Below are positions 1-7,579 of a DNA stretch of 39,482 nt, piece by piece. Position 1 is the stretch's first letter, and each line of letters starts with the position of its first letter. Below the pieces are notes generated by a model that did no database searches, had not been told where the DNA came from, and worked only from the letters and a program-made list of their open reading frames with translations. The position numbers and the translations under genes were made by a program. The stretch is from an uncultured Candidatus Saccharibacteria bacterium (GTDB taxonomy: Bacteria > Patescibacteriota > Minisyncoccia > Minisyncoccales > UBA1441): assembly GCA_964386365.1 (NCBI GenBank), contig CAYLQR010000027.1:1-39482 (forward strand). The letters are read 5' to 3'.

Positions 1-1961
1 GAGGGCGGTGAAATAGAACCTGAAACCATCTGCTAGCAAAGACTCGGAGCTCCTTCGGGAGTGACGGGGTGCTTTTTGCAGAACGAGCCAACGAGTTTAT
101 CTGCTTTGCAAGTCTAATCGATTAAATCGAGAGGCGGAGTGAAAGCGAGGGTTAATAGCCCGTCAAGCAGAGTGGGTAAGACCCGAAGCCAAGCGATCTT
201 ACCATGGCCAGGGTGAACTTCAGTTAATCCTGAAGGGAGGCCCGAACCCGTGAGAGCGGCAAATCTCTGGGATGAGCTGTGGTAAGCGGTGAAAAGCCAA
301 TCGAGCTTGGGAATAGCTGGTTCTTCCCGAAATAGTTTTAGGACTAGCGCTCAATGCTTATTTTAGGAGGTAGAGCACTGGATGGATCTGGTTGGGTTCG
401 CCCGCCTTTTCTAACCAAACTCCGAATGCCTAAAATCATGAGTTGAGTAGTCAGACTGTGGGGGCTAAGCTCCATGGTCGAAAGGGAAACAGCCCAGACC
501 ATCATCTAAGGTCCCTAAATTGATCTAAGTGGGAAAGGTGGTCAAGTTTCTTAGATAGCTGGAAGGTTTGCTTAGAAGCAGCTGTCCTCTAAGAAGTGCG
601 TAATAGCTTACCAGTTAAGAAACTTGGCGCCGAAGATTTAACGGGGCTCAAGTTCAATACCGAAGATATGGGGCGGAATTTATTCCGTCGGTAGGGAAGC
701 GTTCCTCCGGCACTGAAGTCGTTGCGGAAGCAACGGTGGAGCTTGGGGAAGTGAGAATGTTGGCACGAGTAACCACAATTCAGGTGAGAAACCTGGACAC
801 CGAAAACCGAAGGTTTCCTTGGCAATGGTTGTCATCCAAGGGTTAGGCGGTCCTAAGGTCAACCCGAAAGGGGTAGCCGATGGACAACAGGTTAATATTC
901 CTGTCCATCTATTAGCTAAACTTGAGAGGACGAAGGGTAGTAACGAAGGCCTATTATTGGATTTAGGTCAATTAACTGAGGATTCGTCCAAGGTTAAAAG
1001 AAACTTTTTTCTTCGGAAAAGAGGATCTTCGCCAGCACCTTTCCAGGAAAAATCTCAACTATACTAGCTAATGGATTCCGTACCGCAAACTAACACAAGT
1101 CGGTAGGCGTAAGAGTGCCAAGGTGTACGGGTAAGATCTCGTTAAGGAACTCGGCAAATTAGTGTTCGTAAGTTCGCAATAAGAACTCCCTGTATTTTAT
1201 ACAGGGCGCAGCAAACGATTCTCTAGCAACTGTTTACTAAAAACACAGGTCTCTGCTAACTCGTAAGAGGATGTATAGAGGCTGACGCCTGACCAGTGCT
1301 GGAAGGTTAATCTTGGCAGTTTCCCTCTTAGAGGGAAGCCGACTGGGTGAAGCCCCAGTAAACGTCCGCGGTAACTCTAACCGTGTTAAAGTAGCGTAAT
1401 CCCTTGCCTGGTAAGTTCAGGCCCGCATGAAAGGCGTAATGACTGGAGAGCTGTCTCAACGAGATGCCCGGTGAAAATGCAATACCGGTAAAGATGCCGG
1501 TTACCTGCGGCTAGACGAAAAGACCCCGGGAGCTTTACTATAACCAGATATTGGGCTCTGATTATAGTTGCGTAGCGTAGATGGGAGACTTTGAACTCTG
1601 ATTTTCGGATCAGGGGGAGTCGCCAATGAAACACCATCCTTCTATAAGCTTAGTTCTAATCGTGTTGCCTCAAAAACAACCGAAACAGTGTCTGGGTGGT
1701 AGTTTGAGTGGGGCACTCACCTCCTAAAAAGTAACGGAGGCGTCTTTAAGGTTAGCTAACTCCGAATGGAAACCGGAGTAATAGGATAAAGCCATAAGCT
1801 AGCTTGACGGCAAGGCTGCTAAGCCGCGCCGATTCGAAAGAAGAGCTTAGTGAACCGACCGCTGTTCGTAGGACCGCGGAAGATCATCAGACAAAAGCTA
1901 CCCCGGGGATAACAGGCTGGTAGGGCCCGAGAGTCCATATCTACGGCCCTGTTCGGCACCT

Positions 1962-2241
1962 TAATGTAAAATTACATCGGGGCGCCATGACAGTAATGTC
2001 ATCCAAAAAATCTGGCTTATAACGGTGAACTCCATATGGTATAGATAAACCCATGCTATATGGACAATACCGTGGGAAGTTTAACCCAAGACTAAAAATT
2101 GGGTTATAACCCCGTAGAGACTTGATTCTTTTAAGAATCAGAGTTCTCCTAAAAAGAGAGCTAATACGCCAGCTCCCGACTGAATGTCGGGATGAAGATA
2201 TAGTCCGATCCTCTTGGTAACAAGAGAAAAATGCCGACTGG
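1962..2241 (+). ncRNA. Group I intron (IA3-like), no ORF, at 23S position L2500
   Basis: Splits GGCACCT^CGATGTCGGCTC; the exon ends in U and the intron ends in G. The guide ACATCGGGGCGCC pairs with the 5' exon (P1) and with the 3' exon CGATGT (P10). Core motifs: AATACCGTGGGAAG, CCCGTAGAGACT, TACGCCAG, GAAGATATAGTCC, plus two hairpins (P7.1/P7.2) after P7. Confidence 0.93.
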
Positions 2242-2334
2242 CGATGTCGGCTCAAGTTATCCTGGAGCTGGAGAAGGTTCCAAGGGTTCGGCTGTTCGCC
2301 GATTAAAAACTTACGCGAGCTGGGTTTAAACCGT

Positions 2335-3028
2335 CAAATTGGCGGCTTTCCCGAGCAATCGGGATTGAAAAAGTTGACTCATATCGATGAATTCCTTACA
2401 TACTTGTAACACAACCTGTCGTATGTTAGGATAATATCGAGGGAAGTTGATTATGTCTAAGATTATATCCGTAACTAAGAGAGCATATTTAGCAGGTTTT
2501 CTTGATGGAGATGGAAGTATCTATGTGAGATTAAAACCAAATTCGAGTTATAAATATGGTTTTCAAATTTCTCCATATATAGTATTTTTCCAATCAGCGA
2601 AATCAGTCAAGAACTTCAAGAAAGTTTGCGCTCTAATAAATTGCGGATACATCCGTAAACGAAAAGATGGTATATTAGAATATACTATTGGTAGAAAAGA
2701 CGAAATCATAAAATTTCTAGAATTAATCAAACCATACTTGATCTTAAAGAAAAAACAGGCTGATTTAATGATCAGAATAATAGAACAGAAAAATAAAGTA
2801 AAAAGTAGAAATGACTTTAATAAGTTAGCACGATTGATAGATAGATTTCGAGAACTAAACTACTCTAAAAAGCGTAAAAGACATAATTTAACCCCGTAGA
2901 GACTGATCCTTAAATGGAGAGAGTGATTCATATTAAAGAATTGCTAATACGTCAACCCCCTATGAAACAGGAAAAACTTCATGGGGTGATGGTATAGTCC
3001 ATACACTTAGTAATAAGTGAGAAATATG
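2335..3028 (+). mobile_element. Group I intron (IA3-like) at 23S position L2593 with a homing endonuclease ORF
   Basis: Splits AAACCGT^CGCGAGACAGG. P1 CCGTCA/TGGCGG has U.G at the splice site and the intron ends in G. Core motifs: AATATCGAGGGAAG, CCCGTAGAGACT, TACGTCAAC, GGTATAGTCC. Same site as the I-CreI intron. Confidence 0.94.
2453..2899 (+). CDS. Single-motif LAGLIDADG homing endonuclease (I-CreI-like)
   Basis: AYLAGFLDGDGSI motif, FFQS, LILKKKQA; ~148 aa; lies in intron loop L6. ATG at 2453 is preferred over TTG at 2447. Confidence 0.93.
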   Translation: MSKIISVTKRAYLAGFLDGDGSIYVRLKPNSSYKYGFQISPYIVFFQSAKSVKNFKKVCALINCGYIRKRKDGILEYTIGRKDEIIKFLELIKPYLILKKKQADLMIRIIEQKNKVKSRNDFNKLARLIDRFRELNYSKKRKRHNLTP

Positions 3029-3090
3029 CGCGAGACAGGTTGGTCTCTATCTACCGCAGGCGTCGAGTCTTGAAAGAAGTCATCCCTAGT

Positions 3091-3898
3091 AAGAAAATTG
3101 CTACTTCATGGAGCAATCCATGATGACAATCTGACTAATAACGATGAAGCCTTCATTATTTATTTGGTTGCAGAGATTGTAAACTTTGACGGTCCAAAGA
3201 TTTTACGATACAATTCGCTTGAGGACCAAATAAATATTAAGGGAATATCGTGGGAAGACTCATAAAAAATTTACAAGATGTTGATTTAGCTTACATCTCT
3301 GGATTTCTTGATGGCGATGGAAGTATCATGGTCCAAGTCAAGAAAAACAGGGATCGAAAGAATGGTTGGCGTTTAATGTTCACTATCTGTTTTTATCAGG
3401 ATAGTCGACATGAAAAACCGCTTTTCTGGATTCAAAAAAAACTAGATATAGGATATATTTCTAGGCGAAATGATGGCATGACCGAGTTGAGAATTAATGG
3501 ATATAGAAGAACGAGAGAAATTCTAGAAGCATTACATCCCTACATCAAGTTTAAAAAGAAACAGGTAAAATACGTTTTGAAGATTCTAAGTATTCTGGAG
3601 CCTTATAAAGGATTGTCCGGGCTCAAGAAAAATGACAGAGTCGCCATAGCTAAAGCCATTTTAGCTGCTAGACAAGAAACGTATCAATCTGGGTCTAAAA
3701 GAATGGAAAAGCTGAAAGCTGACTTGAAAAAAATTGTAGAAATGTAAATTTTTATGTGTCCCCGTAACGACTTTTTCTAAACTTGCCAAAGTTTAAGTTT
3801 AGAAAGGATGGTGGTTAAAACCCATCATAATACGTCAGCTCCTGCTAAAAGCAGGATGAAGATATAGTCTGAACCCGTAGAAATATGGGAAAAATTTG
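3091..3898 (+). mobile_element. Group I intron (IA3-like) at 23S position L2656 (sarcin-ricin loop) with a homing endonuclease ORF
   Basis: Splits CCCTAGT^ACGAGAGGACCGG. P1 TAGTAA-GAAAA-TTGCTA has U.G at the splice site; terminal G at 3898. Core motifs: CTGAC..TACGTCAG (P3), AATATCGTGGGAAG, CCCGTAACGACT, GAAGATATAGTCT. Confidence 0.92.
3250..3747 (+). CDS. Single-motif LAGLIDADG homing endonuclease
   Basis: AYISGFLDGDGSI motif, CFYQD, PYIKFKKKQV; 165 aa. The GTG start lies within the intron core, so the start is uncertain. Confidence 0.92.
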   Translation: MGRLIKNLQDVDLAYISGFLDGDGSIMVQVKKNRDRKNGWRLMFTICFYQDSRHEKPLFWIQKKLDIGYISRRNDGMTELRINGYRRTREILEALHPYIKFKKKQVKYVLKILSILEPYKGLSGLKKNDRVAIAKAILAARQETYQSGSKRMEKLKADLKKIVEM

Positions 3899-4178
3899 AC
3901 GAGAGGACCGGGATGAACTAACCTCTGGTGTACCAGTTGTTCCGCCAGGAGCATTGCTGGGTAGCTATGTTGGGCAGGGATAAGCGCTGAAAGCATCTAA
4001 AGTGCGAAGCCCTTCTTAAGATTAGGACTCATTAGATTCCTGGAAGATTACCAGGTTGATAGGCCTCAAGTGTAAGTGCTGCAAGGCATTTAGCTGAGAG
4101 GTACTAATATCTAACTTTTCTAATTTTCTTATTGGCTAGTAATTAGCAATTATCAATCCCCAGAGAAGCAAAAGTGCG

Positions 4179-4296
4179 CTCTGGTGGCGGCTAAACCGGA
4201 GTTGTCCCACCTGATCCCATTCCGAACTCAGTCGTGAAATACTCCCGGGCTGATGATAGTGGTTCATCCGCGAAAGTAAGACGCCGCCACCAGAGC
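4179..4296 (+). rRNA. rrf: 5S rRNA
   Basis: CCACCTGATCCCATTCCGAACTCAG..GTGAAA, GATGATAGT, GCGAAAGTA; terminal helix CTCTGGTGGCGG/CCGCCACCAGAG. Ends approximate. Confidence 0.93.
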
Positions 4297-4360
4297 GCAT
4301 TTTTTATTTCAAGAAGAATAAATTTTTCAAAAGCTATTCTTTTGGCTATAATATAAAAGT

Positions 4361-5173
4361 ATGAGCCGAAAGCTTAAAAAAGGAAAAAACCTAATTATTA
4401 TTTTTAGTTTAACCTTAATCCTTCTTTTTTCTAATCAATGGGGAGGAGAAGAAATTAAAGAGGAAGTATTTTCTCTTTCTTCTCCTTTACTAAATCTTGG
4501 TAACCAGGGAGGGTATTATCTTTCTCAAACATTTTCCTCTATTTCAGAAGATAGGGAAGGACTAGAAAAGGAAAACAAGGAATTACGCCAAGCCCTTAAT
4601 CAATTACTTTATTTAGAGGCCACCAATCAACAATTAAAGGAAGAAAATTGGCTATTGGAAAAAGCTCTTCTTTTTAAAGAATCTGAAGGAATAAAGAGTC
4701 AGCCAGTTCAGGTGATTACTCAAAATCTTGCTCAGGATTGGATTCTTGTCAATCGAGGAGAAAAAGATGGATTAAGCCTAAACCAGCCAGTAGTTACTTT
4801 TGATAAAGCCTTAGTTGGAAAAATTGTTTCCTTAACTACTCATAGTGCTAAAATTGAATTAATTTCTCATCCTAATTTTACAGTTGAGGTAGAGTCTCTT
4901 TTGTCAAACGAAGAAGAGAATTCTGTTCGAGGATTGATTCGGGGAAAAGGGGGGTCAAGACTTAAATTAGAAATGGTTCCCTTAACCAATTCTTTAGAAG
5001 TTGGAACAACTCTAGTTGTTTCTAACTTGAGTCCTAATTATCCAGCTGGTTTTTTGATTGGCCGACTTCAAGAACTTCAAAAAAACAACACTCAACCTTT
5101 CCAAGAAGGAGAGGTTTTTCCTTTTTTCTTAGAAGAAAAGTTAGATAATCTTTTAATTGTTACTCAATTTTAA
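4361..5173 (+). CDS. mreC: Rod shape-determining protein MreC
   Basis: N-terminal TM segment, coiled coil, NRGEKDGL..V..LVGKI, YPAGFLIG; upstream of mreD and pbp2. Confidence 0.88.
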   Translation: MSRKLKKGKNLIIIFSLTLILLFSNQWGGEEIKEEVFSLSSPLLNLGNQGGYYLSQTFSSISEDREGLEKENKELRQALNQLLYLEATNQQLKEENWLLEKALLFKESEGIKSQPVQVITQNLAQDWILVNRGEKDGLSLNQPVVTFDKALVGKIVSLTTHSAKIELISHPNFTVEVESLLSNEEENSVRGLIRGKGGSRLKLEMVPLTNSLEVGTTLVVSNLSPNYPAGFLIGRLQELQKNNTQPFQEGEVFPFFLEEKLDNLLIVTQF

Positions 5174-5691
5174 TGTCTTTACGAAAAATTATTTTAGCTT
5201 TTTTCTCCTTGTATTTAGCAGCTATCCTCGAAAGCAGTTTTCTAGGTTATTTCTTGCTTCAAGGAAGGGGGATTGCCCTGACTTTAATTGCCTTCCTTAG
5301 TTTTCTTCTTTTAGGTCATTGGACCAACAGCCAGCAATGGGCTCTTAGTCTTTGGACCGGTTTTCTCTTAGATGTCTTTTGTTATCCTGGCTTTGGTTCT
5401 GGGCTCTTAACAATCATTGTTTTGTTAATCATTTACAAAATTAGTTATCATTGGATAAGAAAAACTAAAAAACTTCAGGAATTTATCCTTTGGTTTTTAA
5501 TTTTGAATTTTTTATTCTATCTACTGCTTGGGCCTATAAGCATTCTTTTAGCTAATTTTATTCAGCCCTTCTTAAGGATGGATTTTATAAATCTTGAAGA
5601 TCTGGCTTTTCAATTGCTCTATAATCTTTTAGGAGGAGGAATTATTTTCCTCTTTTATCAAAAAGGAAAGAGAATTTTTCTTAGGGATTAA
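5173..5691 (+). CDS. mreD: Rod shape-determining protein MreD-like membrane protein
   Basis: Multi-TM, 172 aa, GFLLD motif, between mreC and pbp2. Confidence 0.75.
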   Translation: MSLRKIILAFFSLYLAAILESSFLGYFLLQGRGIALTLIAFLSFLLLGHWTNSQQWALSLWTGFLLDVFCYPGFGSGLLTIIVLLIIYKISYHWIRKTKKLQEFILWFLILNFLFYLLLGPISILLANFIQPFLRMDFINLEDLAFQLLYNLLGGGIIFLFYQKGKRIFLRD

Positions 5692-7578
5692 ATGTTGAGA
5701 AAAAAATTTTTAAAAATTAAGCGCCCTCTTGGAGCTTCTCTTGAACCTCAAGAAATAATTTTAGATCGAATGGTCCAAAGAAGAAAAGGGAATTACGATT
5801 CTTCTAGACAAAAGCTAGAAAGACCAATTTATCGAGGAGGGATTAAATTCTGGGCTTTGCTTTCTTCTTTAATTTTCCTTCTTTTTTTGAGTCGAGTTAG
5901 TTATTTTCAAATTGCTCAAGGAAAAGATTATCGAGAATTAGCTATTAGGAACCAATTTCTTGCTCAATCAATAGAAGCCGAAAGAGGAGTAATTTATGAT
6001 CGTTATGAACAGCAATTAGTCAAAAACGTAGCTCATTTTAATTTAGTTTTAGAGAAAAAAACTTTTCAGGAAAATCAAGATTGGGAAATGATTCTAGAAG
6101 AATTGGCCAATTTTTTCCAAGTAGAAAAAAATGAATGGAAAAATGTTTTGGAGGAAGATTCTGAAGAAAAAGTTATTCTCCAAGAGAATATTAGCCACGA
6201 CTCATTTTTGCCCTTGGTAAGCAAGGTTAGCGAGTGGCCAGGAATAAGTATTGAAAGGAATTTAGTCCGTGATTATCCTTGGAAAGAAACATTAGCTCAT
6301 CTTTTGGGTTATGTTGCTCGAACAGACCAGAAAGGCCAAGCTGGTTTAGAAAAAGAATACCAGGAGATTTTAAAATCTAATCCTGGTCTTCTTCTTATCG
6401 AAAGAGATAGTCAAGGAAAGGAAATTAACAGCCAATTGAAAGAGAATCCTTCTCCAGGAAAAAGTCTAATTTTAAATCTTGATTTAGCCTTGCAAGAGAA
6501 GATTGACGAGACTCTTCAAAAAACGATGAAAGAGGTTGGCTCGTCTGAGGCTAATGCTGTAGCTATTGATCCTCGTAACGGACAAGTGTTAGCTTTAGTT
6601 AGTCGACCAAGCTATGATAATAATATTTTCTCGAGCTCGCTTTCTTCGGAAGAGCTAGAAAAATTGATTAATCAAGAAGATTTTTCTTTCTTTAATGCGG
6701 CTATTTCTGGAACTGGTTATCCAACCGGCTCCGTTATCAAACCACTTATTGGGCTAGCCGCTTTAGAAGAAAAAATAATTGATCCTGAAGAAGAATTGCC
6801 TTGCCCAGAAAAAATATGTCTTTTAAATAAATATACCCAGGAAGAGACTTGTTATCATGATTGGAAATATCATGGACCAAGTAATTTGAGACGAGCCTTA
6901 GCTGAGTCAGTTAATACTTACTTCTATGTCGTTGGGGGAGGTCAGAAGAATTTTTCTGGTTTAGGTCCAGAAAAAATTAAAAATTGGTTAGAAAAATTTA
7001 ATTGGGGAGATTACACCGGGATCGATCTCCCTGAAGAGGGAAAAGGAGTTTTACCAATTCTAGATCAAAATTGGTCTTTAGGAGATACTTATCATTTTTC
7101 TATTGGCCAAGGTCCTTTTGCTATTACTCCTCTTCAAGTAGCGGTTGCTTATGGAGCAATTGCTAATGGAGGAACCCTTTATCAGCCTCAAGTAGTCAGA
7201 GCTATTGCTCAAGAAACTGAATGGGGTCTAAGAATTATTGAAGAAAAAAGCCCTCAAATACTAGCTTCTTCTTTAGCTTCTAATGAAAATTTAAAAATTA
7301 TTAAAGAAGGGATGAGAGAAGCTGTTACTTCTCCGGTTGGTTCTTCTCACGCTTTAAATAGTCTCCCAGAAGCAGTCGCTTCTAAAACGGGAACTGCTCA
7401 AACTGGTCAAGATGGTCATTACCATAACTGGATAGCTGTTTTTGGCCCTTATGAAGAGCCAAATCTAGTTTTAGTCATTATGTTGAAAGATGTTACCGAA
7501 AGTATGGTTGCTTGGAGACCAGCGGCTGTTGAAATCCTTAATTGGTATTTCTCTCAGCAAGATGTTAAACTTAAATAA
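5692..7578 (+). CDS. mrdA: Penicillin-binding protein 2 (class B transpeptidase)
   Basis: ERGVIYDR, RDYP, SxxK (GSVIK), SxN (SVN), SIGQG, KTGTAQ. Confidence 0.92.
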   Translation: MLRKKFLKIKRPLGASLEPQEIILDRMVQRRKGNYDSSRQKLERPIYRGGIKFWALLSSLIFLLFLSRVSYFQIAQGKDYRELAIRNQFLAQSIEAERGVIYDRYEQQLVKNVAHFNLVLEKKTFQENQDWEMILEELANFFQVEKNEWKNVLEEDSEEKVILQENISHDSFLPLVSKVSEWPGISIERNLVRDYPWKETLAHLLGYVARTDQKGQAGLEKEYQEILKSNPGLLLIERDSQGKEINSQLKENPSPGKSLILNLDLALQEKIDETLQKTMKEVGSSEANAVAIDPRNGQVLALVSRPSYDNNIFSSSLSSEELEKLINQEDFSFFNAAISGTGYPTGSVIKPLIGLAALEEKIIDPEEELPCPEKICLLNKYTQEETCYHDWKYHGPSNLRRALAESVNTYFYVVGGGQKNFSGLGPEKIKNWLEKFNWGDYTGIDLPEEGKGVLPILDQNWSLGDTYHFSIGQGPFAITPLQVAVAYGAIANGGTLYQPQVVRAIAQETEWGLRIIEEKSPQILASSLASNENLKIIKEGMREAVTSPVGSSHALNSLPEAVASKTGTAQTGQDGHYHNWIAVFGPYEEPNLVLVIMLKDVTESMVAWRPAAVEILNWYFSQQDVKLK

Positions 7579-7579
7579 T

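Larger units (their letters stand above)
1..4125 (+). rRNA. rrl: 23S rRNA, 5' part outside the window; exons 1-1961, 2242-2334, 3029-3090, 3899-~4125
   Basis: Conserved 23S motifs: GAATAGCTGGTTCT, AAGGAACTCGGCAAA, GACGAAAAGACCCC, GGGATAACAGGCTG, GAGCTGGGTTTA, CTAGT/ACGAGAGGACC, GCTGAAAGCATCTAA, GGTACTAAT. Removing the three inserts restores continuous domain V/VI sequence. The 3' end is approximate. Confidence 0.97.

Noticed and set aside
1510-1530. A at 23S position 2057 as a macrolide-resistance mutation
   Set aside because: It is compensated by U at 2611 (GGTCTCTATC) and A2058/A2059 are intact, so it is a natural base-pair variant.
589-2255. ORF-track ORFs at 589-825, 680-862, 819-1067, 1386-1637 and 1941-2255
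   Set aside because: They overlap 23S rRNA or the L2500 intron and are chance frames in structural RNA.
7490-7579. Longer lysS N-terminus from the ORF track
   Set aside because: It overlaps the pbp2 3' end; the ATG at 7580 directly after the pbp2 stop is more plausible.
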